From NCBI GenBank assembly GCA_022710645.1, contig JAKLGL010000001.1, positions 473,296 to 529,000 of the forward strand: DNA of 55,705 nucleotides. The letters are read 5' to 3'. Positions within the stretch are counted from its first letter, which is position 1, and each line of letters starts with the position of its first letter. This DNA is from Patescibacteria group bacterium. GTDB lineage: Bacteria > Patescibacteriota > Patescibacteriia > Magasanikbacterales > GWA2-37-8. A program made the translations under genes and the position numbers. Below are positions 36,246-43,850 of this stretch, piece after piece. The notes beneath the pieces were generated by a model that had not been told where the DNA came from, made no database searches, and saw only the letters and a program-made list of their open reading frames with translations.

Positions 36246-36533
36246 TTATTTCTTTTTTGTTTTTTTAACTTCCTTTGTTTCGTTTTTGGCGTTGATTTTG
36301 GCCATTAAACGAGAAATTTTACGACCGGCTGTTTTCTTTTTTATGGCGCCGGTTTTGGCCGCTTTGTCCAAAGCTTTTTGAGCTAAAGAAACCATTTTTT
36401 TAGCTTCTTCCACAGATTCGGCGGTTAAAACTTTTTTGATAGCTTGTTTAAAAGCGTCTTTTTTGGCTTTGTTCCAAGCGGTTCTTTTGATAGCTTGTCG
36501 CAAAGCTTTTCGAGCATTATCTTTATTTGGCAT
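36246..36533 (-). CDS. rpsT: 30S ribosomal protein S20
   Basis: 95 aa, very basic: MPNKDNARKALRQAIKRTAWNKAKKDAFKQAIKK. Confidence 0.9.
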   Translation of the reverse strand: MPNKDNARKALRQAIKRTAWNKAKKDAFKQAIKKVLTAESVEEAKKMVSLAQKALDKAAKTGAIKKKTAGRKISRLMAKINAKNETKEVKKTKKK

Positions 36534-36598
36534 AAAATATAAATTAGTAAAATTGAGAGCTGAAGAAATAATAAGGGATTTTGGCTAATTTGTCAAGC

Positions 36599-37669
36599 CT
36601 ATTCTTCTAAATTCGGCTTGTCTATCAAAATTGGTTCAATCCCCTTTTCTCCGCCGGTAATTTTCACTATATCTTTATCTATTTTATTAAATTCTTTATA
36701 ACCGGTGTTGTAAGTGCCAACCACAGTTGATAGTTGAGTCCCGATTTTTTTGTAATATTCATCAAAAGCCAAAAGATGTTTTCCTAGGTCCTCTACTCTG
36801 TTGCGAATTTCTTTGGCTGTTTCTTCTATTTTCAAAGCGCGGAGTCCTTGCATCACAGTTTGTAAATAAGCCAAGAAAGAAGTTGGAGATACTATAATTA
36901 CATGTTTTTCTTTGAAAGCGTATTCTATCAAACTGTTGGTATTGGTTTTGAGAGCGCCAACCTGGTTGATAAGTAAATCGTAATAAATTCCCTCCGACGG
37001 AATGAACATAAAAGCAAAATCCATAGTCCCCTCTTTCGGTTTGATATATTTACTGGTTTCATCAATACGTTTTTTGAGATCGCTTTTAAAAGTGTTTTCC
37101 AAGATTTCGCGCGCGGCCGGATCTTTTTCCGCTACGGCTTTGTTATAATTTTCCAAACTAAATTTGGAGTCAATTGGTATGATTTTGTCTTTTACAAAAA
37201 CCACGGCATCCACGATATCATCGTCTTTGAATTTATATTGCATTTGGAAACTTTCCGGAGGTAAAACATTTTTTAAAACATTTTCCAAAAAATATTCTCC
37301 CAAGATCCCGCGTTGTTTGGGGTTGGTCAAAATACTTTCCAAACTTTCCAACTGTTCCGCAAATCCGACTATCTGTTTATTTGTTTCATCAAGTTTGGTT
37401 AATTTTTCCGTGACCTCGGTTACTGTTTTTAAACTTTGCGCAAATTGGGACTGAACGGTTTTATTGATATTGTTTTGCGATTCCAAAAAGTTTTTATTGG
37501 TATCGTTAATTTTTTGATCAATCAGGTTTTGCATTCCTTCTAGTTGTTTTTGCAAAAGTAGCAGGGCAGTAGTGTCTTCGGGCCCGTTTTTTGATTGAAA
37601 CTTGAATATAAGATAGATAATTGCCAAAAATATGGCAACCAAGAGAAAAACCAGTAAGTATTGGAGCAT
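36599..37669 (-). CDS. rmuC: DNA recombination protein RmuC
   Basis: 356 aa; N-terminal TM, long coiled coil, C-terminal DFAFMFIPSEGIYYDL...VIIVSPTSFLAYL nuclease-like domain. Confidence 0.9.
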   Translation of the reverse strand: MLQYLLVFLLVAIFLAIIYLIFKFQSKNGPEDTTALLLLQKQLEGMQNLIDQKINDTNKNFLESQNNINKTVQSQFAQSLKTVTEVTEKLTKLDETNKQIVGFAEQLESLESILTNPKQRGILGEYFLENVLKNVLPPESFQMQYKFKDDDIVDAVVFVKDKIIPIDSKFSLENYNKAVAEKDPAAREILENTFKSDLKKRIDETSKYIKPKEGTMDFAFMFIPSEGIYYDLLINQVGALKTNTNSLIEYAFKEKHVIIVSPTSFLAYLQTVMQGLRALKIEETAKEIRNRVEDLGKHLLAFDEYYKKIGTQLSTVVGTYNTGYKEFNKIDKDIVKITGGEKGIEPILIDKPNLEE

Positions 37670-37778
37670 ATAAATATATTTAGTATTGTTAGTATATACT
37701 ACTATTTAGGGTTTGTAAAAGCTTGCCAAAGTTAATATTTTAATATACAATTTCTTTACTTTTCTCCGGTATTAATTG

Positions 37779-37983
37779 GCCCCCATAGTTCAACGGATAC
37801 CCGCCCGACTCGCCTGACGCCCTCATAGTTCAACGGATAGAACAGGTCCGTCCTAAGGACAAGATGTGTGTTCAATTCATGCTGAGGGCACACTAAACGA
37901 GTCAGGCGGGCGGGGAACGTTCCGTCCTACCTGTCCGCTTCTGGCAGAAGGATAAAATAGGGGTTCAATTCCCTCCAGGGAGA
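37779..37983 (+). other. composite tRNA-like region: partial tRNA copy + inverted repeat + orphan T-arm surrounding tRNA-Arg
   Basis: 37779-37799 repeats the first 21 nt of the tRNA-Arg at 20/21 identity. The inverted repeat cccgccc..gcctgac (37800-37818) / gtcaggcgggcggg (37901-37914) brackets the tRNA. gaac (37915-37918) would close the D-stem of the partial copy. A T-arm-like aggggttcaattccctc lies at 37959-37975, but no matching acceptor 3' strand exists. Confidence 0.5.
37819..37890 (+). tRNA. tRNA-Arg (anticodon CCU)
   Basis: Acceptor gccctca/tgagggc, D-arm gttc-aacggata-gaac, anticodon loop gtCCTaa, T-arm gtgtg-ttcaatt-catgc (two G-U pairs), discriminator A. Confidence 0.8.
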
Positions 37984-38048
37984 CAAAAGCATATTATTAT
38001 TAAAATTAATTAAAAATTGTAAAATTGAAAATTGAAAATTTTCGATAT

Positions 38049-38119
38049 GGGCCTATGGTTTAGTGGTAGAACAGGGCATTCGCATTGCTCAGACGGCAGT
38101 TCGATTCTGCCTAGGTCCA
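38049..38119 (+). tRNA. tRNA-Ala (anticodon CGC)
   Basis: Acceptor gggccta/taggtcc with the G3:U70 identity pair; anticodon loop ttCGCat; T-arm ggcag-ttcgatt-ctgcc. Confidence 0.9.
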
Positions 38120-38128
38120 CAAAATCTT

Positions 38129-38148
38129 TGTGGATAAACTGTGGATAA
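38129..38148. promoter_or_regulatory. two tandem perfect DnaA boxes
   Basis: tgtggataa at 38129-38137 and at 38140-38148. Confidence 0.6.
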
Positions 38149-38216
38149 GTCATTATTTTGGCTAAAATTAGCCAAAAAGTAAGATTAAATTTAATCTAAA
38201 ATACAACTCTAAAAAA

Positions 38217-38232
38217 TGTTTCACGTGAAACA
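38217..38232. promoter_or_regulatory. parS site 1 (perfect palindrome TGTTTCACGTGAAACA)
   Basis: Exact 16-mer; fits the ParB/Spo0J parS consensus tGTTNCACGTGAAACa. Confidence 0.8.
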
Positions 38233-38267
38233 TTTTTTATTTTATCTAAAATTTAATTTAACAAAAT

Positions 38268-38283
38268 TGTTTCACGTGAAACA
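38268..38283. promoter_or_regulatory. parS site 2
   Basis: Exact TGTTTCACGTGAAACA. Confidence 0.8.
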
Positions 38284-38390
38284 AATTTAATAAATGTTCA
38301 ATTTTAAAGTAGGCGTTTATTTATAATAAGCTGTGGACTATAAGATTTTTAGAAATAGGGGTCAGAAGAACAAAATTACTATTAGAAAAT

Positions 38391-38406
38391 TGTTTCACGT
38401 GAAACA
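38391..38406. promoter_or_regulatory. parS site 3
   Basis: Exact TGTTTCACGTGAAACA. Confidence 0.8.
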
Positions 38407-38425
38407 ATTTTAGGAGTAGGCAGAT

Positions 38426-38441
38426 TGTTTCACGTGAAACA
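38426..38441. promoter_or_regulatory. parS site 4
   Basis: Exact TGTTTCACGTGAAACA. Confidence 0.8.
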
Positions 38442-38762
38442 ATTTATTAATTTTGGCTAAGATTAGCGAAATTAAATACAATATTGAATACTAAAATTGT
38501 TCAATGTTGTATTTAATAGCGATAATTTTTAATAGTGTTATTAATATTTTTTAAATAAAAAAATTAATCAATAAATAAAGTTTAAAATAGTTTATTTAAA
38601 AATTAAGTTAGTTTTGGTTTTTATAAATAAAAAATTTTATTAGTTTTATTCAAAAATTCAAGACCCTATTCAGTGCTGGTCTGATCAAAAATTTTAAAAT
38701 TATTTATTTTGTTTTTTTCGCTAAAATAAAAAGATATCCACATCGTCTTTATCACAAAAATA

Positions 38763-38771
38763 TGTTATAAT
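38763..38771 (+). promoter_or_regulatory. candidate extended -10 (TGtTATAAT) upstream of the surface-cluster operon
   Basis: tgttataat at 38763-38771, about 115 nt upstream of ATG 38885. Confidence 0.35.
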
Positions 38772-38884
38772 AATGATGCGTAAACAAGTGAGGGTTAAAT
38801 ACGCGGTTTAATCATTTTTAGTTTTATTTTAATAATAAAAAGATAAATAAAAAACCTTTTATTTATTAATATTTTTAATTCACT

Positions 38885-41182
38885 ATGCAAAACGAACGAG
38901 TTTTTAGAGCATTGGATATTTGCTCTTACGTTTTATTGCTGGTAAATATGGTTTTGATGCCATTGTTTATCAGTAAAAGTTTGGTAAATTTTTATGTCAT
39001 ACCAAAACAGTATGTTTTTATCGGTTTAGTTCTGGTAAATTTATTGCTTTATGCGGCAAAATTGATTTTTTCCAAAAAATTGACTTATACAAAATCTTTT
39101 CTGGATCTTCCTCTTTTAGGTCTTTTGGGTGTTTTTCTTTTGTCTTCCATTTTTTCCGCCAATTCCATAGATTCTTTTTTTGGTCGTAGTGAATATTTTG
39201 TCATGAACTTTTTCTTTCTGCTTTTTTTGGTTTTATTTTATTTTATCATCAACAACACGATCAAAACATTTAAAAGTTGGTCGGGGATTGTGGATGCGCT
39301 TATTTATACGGGAGGAACTACTGCTTTGGTTTTTTTGTTGAAAGTTATTTTTAAGTTGGATTTGTTGAACTACATTGTTCCAGGCGCATGGAACACTATA
39401 GATAAAATAAATACACCTTTCGGTTTTTGGTTGATCATCGTATTTATGTTGGCTGCCGGACAAATTATCAAGAAAAACGTTTCTTTAGGCAAAGCCTTGT
39501 CTTACTTTTTTGTTTCTTTGCTCTCCTTTGTTTGTTTGATAATGTTGAGCTTTAATATTTTATGGTGGATATTTTTACTTGGGTTGGTACTGCTTCTTTT
39601 GATCGGTGTAAGTTTTGTTACCGAAGTCAGGGTAGGTTGGGTTTCGGCTTTATTTGCTTTCTTGGTGGTAGTTGTTATCTTTTTAGCTTTTGGATCTCCG
39701 AAATATTTGCAAACTCAGGTGCCGGCCGAAGTAGCTTTGGGTTATAAACCGTCTTGGGTTGTTTCTTATAAAACGGTTTTATCCGGAGTAAAAGAGTTTG
39801 CTTTAGGTAGTGGTTTAGGTACTTTTAATGTTGATTTTTCCAAATTTCGCAGTGCTGATTTTAATAATGATGCTTGGGCTTGGTCTTTACGATTTTCTCA
39901 ACCGTTCTCAACCGTTTATGCTATTTTTGCCGAGACCGGTATTTTGGGGTTGTTAACATTTATTTTTGTTTTGCTTTATATCTTGGGTCATATATTTTCT
40001 TTGTGGGTGCGCAATAAAACCGATCACTTCCTAAATCATTTTTCAGACAAAGATGATTTTGACAAAATAGATTTCTTTTTGGCAGTAGCTGCTTGGTTGG
40101 TTTTGACAATTGCGATGGCCTTTTCTTTTCACGGTCCGGTTTTGTGGTGGCTTTGGTTTGTCTTGCTTGGTTTAATGACTGTTGGTTTATCTTTTGTTAA
40201 TTCCGATGTTTTAACGGATTATGAATGGGAAATTAGTGATAACCCTCAATACAGCTTGTCTTTTTCTTTTGTGCTTATAGTTATTATGGCCGGAATCACA
40301 ATGGTCGGAGTTATCGGAGCCAGAATGTATATTGCTGAAAAAGTTTATGCGCAGGCTTTAACCTCTCAAAATTATCAAGAAGCTCAAAATAATTTAACTA
40401 AAGCTTTAGGTCAAAGACCGAATTCAGATCTTTATCACGCTGCTTTAGCCCAGGTTTATTTGATGCAGGCTGTGACTTTAGCTTCTACTCCTAATCCGGA
40501 CATGCAAACAATTTCCGGTTATGTGGCTGTAGCGGTAAACGAAGCAAAAAAAGCAACGGAAATATCTCCAAAGTCGGTAGCTATTTGGGAAAATCTGGCC
40601 ATCATGTATGAAAATGCCGCTTCACTTGTTCCTGAAGCTCGCGAATGGGCTATTAAATCTTGGAAACAAGCCAGAGAATTGGAACCGACCAATCCGGTGT
40701 TAGCTTGGCGTTTAGGAAATAATAATTTGTTAGCCAACAAAAACGATGAAGCTTTAAAAAATTACAAAGAAGCGATAACTTTGAAAGCTGATTATTTGGA
40801 TGCCCATATGTCGCTTGCCAGAGTTTATGAAGCGCAAAATAAAGTCGGTGAAGCGGTTGATGTTTATAAAAACGCATTTAATCTTGGATCTTCCAATGCA
40901 ACGTTTTTATTTGACTTCGGTCGTTTGCTTTATAATCGCAACAAAGATGAAGATAGAAACGATGCGGAAAAATTATGGTTGGCAGCGGTTAAAATTCAAC
41001 CGAATTATTCTAATGCTTTATACTCTCTTGGTTTATTGTATGAAAATAAGGGAGATAAAACCACAGCTTTGCAATATTATTATAAAGTTAAAGATTTGAA
41101 TCCTGACAACAAAGATATCATCGCTAAAATAAAAAGCTTGGTTGGCGCTCCGAAACCGGTTGAAACGGAAAAAAAGAAATAA
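38885..41182 (+). CDS. polytopic O-antigen-ligase-like (Wzy_C-type) membrane protein fused to C-terminal TPR repeats
   Basis: 765 aa; about 12 TM helices and a GSGLGTF motif. At least 5 TPR-like units follow (ALKNYKEAITLKADYLDAHMSLARVYEAQNK..., NALYSLGLLYENKGDKTTALQYYYKVKDLNPDN). Confidence 0.85.
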   Translation: MQNERVFRALDICSYVLLLVNMVLMPLFISKSLVNFYVIPKQYVFIGLVLVNLLLYAAKLIFSKKLTYTKSFLDLPLLGLLGVFLLSSIFSANSIDSFFGRSEYFVMNFFFLLFLVLFYFIINNTIKTFKSWSGIVDALIYTGGTTALVFLLKVIFKLDLLNYIVPGAWNTIDKINTPFGFWLIIVFMLAAGQIIKKNVSLGKALSYFFVSLLSFVCLIMLSFNILWWIFLLGLVLLLLIGVSFVTEVRVGWVSALFAFLVVVVIFLAFGSPKYLQTQVPAEVALGYKPSWVVSYKTVLSGVKEFALGSGLGTFNVDFSKFRSADFNNDAWAWSLRFSQPFSTVYAIFAETGILGLLTFIFVLLYILGHIFSLWVRNKTDHFLNHFSDKDDFDKIDFFLAVAAWLVLTIAMAFSFHGPVLWWLWFVLLGLMTVGLSFVNSDVLTDYEWEISDNPQYSLSFSFVLIVIMAGITMVGVIGARMYIAEKVYAQALTSQNYQEAQNNLTKALGQRPNSDLYHAALAQVYLMQAVTLASTPNPDMQTISGYVAVAVNEAKKATEISPKSVAIWENLAIMYENAASLVPEAREWAIKSWKQARELEPTNPVLAWRLGNNNLLANKNDEALKNYKEAITLKADYLDAHMSLARVYEAQNKVGEAVDVYKNAFNLGSSNATFLFDFGRLLYNRNKDEDRNDAEKLWLAAVKIQPNYSNALYSLGLLYENKGDKTTALQYYYKVKDLNPDNKDIIAKIKSLVGAPKPVETEKKK

Positions 41183-41195
41183 TAAATTAAAAAGT

Positions 41196-41855
41196 ATGAT
41201 TGACGGCTCAATCTTCAAAAATATAAATAAAACAATCAGAATCGGTTTGATTGCGTTAGTTTTGATTTTACCGATTTCTGTGTTGGCAGCCATGTCTTCC
41301 ACCAATTATTATATTTATGCGGATTCGGTGGAGACTGGCGGGGGATTGAGCAGTGGCGGTCTTTATGATTTAGAAGATACTTTGGGTGAAGGAGTCATTT
41401 CACAAGCGAGCGGAGCGACTTACAACATTAACGCCGGTTACCAAGCTATGGTTTTGGGCTCTCTCTCGATGAATATAAATGACAATTCTATAGATCTTGG
41501 AGATTTGAATGTTTCCACTATTATTTCTGCCAGCACTACAGTGACAGTAACGACCGACGCACAAACAGGCTACACTATGTCGATTCAAAATGCCGTTTGG
41601 ACAGGAAATCCTTTGGCTGATGTTGTCGGAGGATCGGTAGATATAGGTCAAGAAGAATACGGAATAGCCGTGAGCGGAAGCGACGCTTTTTTTGGAGATG
41701 ATCGCGTCGTAACTTCTACGCAAATTTTGGCAACAAAAAATTCTCCGGCTACAGGCAGTCAAACAGTTGTTACTTTTAAAGCCGCCATTAGTCCGAGTAC
41801 AATTTCCGGTTCCAGAAGTCAAGCGGTGACCATTGGAGTTTCTGCAAATTTTTAA
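41196..41855 (+). CDS. secreted beta-rich protein, WxL-domain-like in pattern
   Basis: The track ORF starts at 41142 inside the previous gene; the Met at 41196 (MIDGSIF) follows its stop. Signal anchor IGLIALVLILPISVLA. IDLGDLNVS...TVTVTTDAQTGYTMSIQ and ...ISGSRSQAVTIGVSANF recall WxL surface proteins, but no literal WxL motif is present. Confidence 0.8.
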   Translation: MIDGSIFKNINKTIRIGLIALVLILPISVLAAMSSTNYYIYADSVETGGGLSSGGLYDLEDTLGEGVISQASGATYNINAGYQAMVLGSLSMNINDNSIDLGDLNVSTIISASTTVTVTTDAQTGYTMSIQNAVWTGNPLADVVGGSVDIGQEEYGIAVSGSDAFFGDDRVVTSTQILATKNSPATGSQTVVTFKAAISPSTISGSRSQAVTIGVSANF

Positions 41856-41856
41856 T

Positions 41857-42747
41857 ATGAAAAAAATAATTTTTTTCATTATTTGTTTGTTGTTTACTGG
41901 ATCTTTTTTGGAAGTTCGAGCTTTTACGGTTTCTCCGGTAAAACAGATTGTGACTTTGGAACAAGGTACGGGAAGAAATGTTAAAATTAAAATTCGCAAC
42001 ACAGAAAGGAATACGGCAAAATATAAAATTTCCGTAGTCGGAGTAAAACAAGACGATCAAGGATATCCGGTTTACGGCACAAATATAGAAGAAGCGGAAA
42101 AATGGGTAAGAAGCGAACAAGAAGTTTTGGAAATCGGACCAGGAAAAGAAATTGAAGCAAGTTTTAAAATAAATATTCCCAAAGGTACTTATCCGGGATC
42201 GCATTATGTGGGACTTAGCGCAGAACCGATGTTATTAGGAGATGAAAATAAAAATTTTATTGGTAAATTAATTTCTCTTTTGTTGATAGAAGTTTCGGGA
42301 ACGGTTAATGAAACTTTGAGTATAACAAAATGGTCCGGTGAAAAAAGTTTTTATTTAAGTTTGGAAAAATTAAAATTAAATGTCGGTTTAAAAAACGATG
42401 GAAATACCGAGTTGCCAATTAAAGGCAAAATACGATTGTATAATTGGTTGGATAAAAAAACAGCCGAAGGAGATGTTTTTTTAGGAAATACTATTTTACC
42501 GCAAGCCCAAAGAACCACGGAGGTATTATTGCCAGATTTTAATAATTGGCAATTGCCAGGAATATATAGAGCGCAGTTGGATTTAGTTTATGGTCGCACG
42601 GGACAAAAAATTTCAGTGCAATATGCTTTTTGGTATATATCGATTTATTGGTTGATTGCCATCGGATTGATTTTATCGATTGTTATTTGGACTTTGATTA
42701 AAAAAATAAAAAATAAAAGGGAAGAAGAAACACCGTTTAAAATTTAG
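41857..42747 (+). CDS. signal peptide + two Ig-like modules + C-terminal TM/basic tail (DUF916/DUF3324, CscA-like architecture)
   Basis: The Met at 41857 is 1 nt after the upstream stop. MKKIIFFIICLLFTGSFLEVRA signal peptide. FTVSPVKQIVTLEQG...VKIKIRN start. C-terminal helix WLIAIGLILSIVIWTLI followed by KKIKNKREEE. Confidence 0.85.
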   Translation: MKKIIFFIICLLFTGSFLEVRAFTVSPVKQIVTLEQGTGRNVKIKIRNTERNTAKYKISVVGVKQDDQGYPVYGTNIEEAEKWVRSEQEVLEIGPGKEIEASFKINIPKGTYPGSHYVGLSAEPMLLGDENKNFIGKLISLLLIEVSGTVNETLSITKWSGEKSFYLSLEKLKLNVGLKNDGNTELPIKGKIRLYNWLDKKTAEGDVFLGNTILPQAQRTTEVLLPDFNNWQLPGIYRAQLDLVYGRTGQKISVQYAFWYISIYWLIAIGLILSIVIWTLIKKIKNKREEETPFKI

Positions 42748-42762
42748 CTTGCTTGTCGCTAA

Positions 42763-43776
42763 ATGTATATGAATTCAACAAGGGGGAAAAATTTAAAAAA
42801 TATTTTTTACATCGGAATCATAATCGCGACATTATTTTTGTATAAAAACATAGCACAAACAGAAACACAAACCGGAAATATAAACGTAAACATGAACGTT
42901 GTCGCAAGCAGTACTCCTCCCGGAGGCGGACCGTCTGTTTCCGTGCCCTTTATTTATGATGTTAGAAGTAGTACGACAATGACTTCTGCGAAAATTGTTT
43001 GGAAAGTTAATGATTATGGTTATGGTTTAAACACTACAAGCGTGACGTATAGTATTGATTATTTTTTTGCAAATACAGCGCCGGCTATTGTTTCGGGCAC
43101 GGAATTTATAGCTGATATTTCAGGATTGCAATCCGATACGGTTTATAATTTTAGAATTCTTGCCAGAAATAATAGTTTTGTAGACGCCGTACCGGTGCAA
43201 AGCCAGTTTAAAACTCAAAAAGGAAATGTATTAAATAGTTTGACGATTTTGGCTAAACCGGAAAAAAGAGTTCCTAAAACAGGTGGTAATTTTGGCGCTA
43301 CAGCCAGTTTAATTTTTTATGATACGGTTTCAAATACTATTTTAATGAGCACCTCTACAATTTTGAGTTCTTCAGGAACAACCACTATATATAATGTAGA
43401 AGTTCCACTTATAACCAATTCGGCTGTGATTTTAAAAACGAATGCTCATTTAGCCAAAAGACTAAACGGAGTAAATACAAATGTTACGGATTTAACTTTG
43501 GATTTTACTGAAAACGGTATTGTTTATTTGTTAGCCGGAGATATGGCCGGAGATTTGCAAAATCCGACTGCGCAAAATCCGTTTACCCAGTTTTTACAGA
43601 GTGTTCACCAAGACGAGTTTGTGGATATTTTAGATATTTCATCCGTAGTTTCCAAATTCAACGATCAAACGGCGGGGGAAAGAGCCAATCTGAACGGTGA
43701 TAGTATCGTAGACGCTCAAGATATTAGTGTTGTTCTTGGAAATTGGAACAAAGAAGGAGACATTATTGTTAAATAA
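42763..43776 (+). CDS. anchored FN3-domain protein with C-terminal dockerin-like module
   Basis: FN3 pattern IYDVRSSTTMTSAKIVWKV...GLQSDTVYNFRILARN. C-terminal duplicated Ca-binding-like segments AGDMAGD...FVDILDISSVVSKF and NLNGDSIVDAQDISVVLGNW. Confidence 0.85.
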   Translation: MYMNSTRGKNLKNIFYIGIIIATLFLYKNIAQTETQTGNINVNMNVVASSTPPGGGPSVSVPFIYDVRSSTTMTSAKIVWKVNDYGYGLNTTSVTYSIDYFFANTAPAIVSGTEFIADISGLQSDTVYNFRILARNNSFVDAVPVQSQFKTQKGNVLNSLTILAKPEKRVPKTGGNFGATASLIFYDTVSNTILMSTSTILSSSGTTTIYNVEVPLITNSAVILKTNAHLAKRLNGVNTNVTDLTLDFTENGIVYLLAGDMAGDLQNPTAQNPFTQFLQSVHQDEFVDILDISSVVSKFNDQTAGERANLNGDSIVDAQDISVVLGNWNKEGDIIVK

Positions 43777-43850
43777 AGTTTATTTTACAATTTTTAGTTT
43801 TTGAATGATTTTTGAAAATTAAAAATTAAAAATTAAAAAATTAGACAAAT

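Noticed and set aside
37779-37985. Annotating the outer tRNA-like sequence as an intron-containing or permuted functional tRNA.
   Set aside because: After removing the IR-bounded insert, the acceptor 5' strand (gccccca) has no complementary 3' strand. The anticodon arm cannot be drawn with a 7-nt loop either. It is recorded as an anomaly, not as a gene.
38010-38040. Short tandem heptamers (aaaattg x3 at 38010-38040; aaaaatt x3-4 at 43815-43842).
   Set aside because: They are very short A/T-only repeats in an AT-rich genome. Nothing distinguishes them from chance or ordinary promoter-region A-tracts.
38217-38441. Four identical 16-bp repeats looked superficially like a small CRISPR array.
   Set aside because: The repeats are perfect palindromes matching parS. 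Their spacing is irregular (51, 123 and 35 nt start to start), and there are no cas genes.
41142-41195. N-terminal extension of the 237-aa track ORF (MALRNRLKRKKRNNKLKS).
   Set aside because: It overlaps the last 41 nt of the preceding TPR gene. The Met at 41196 follows that stop and precedes a normal signal anchor.
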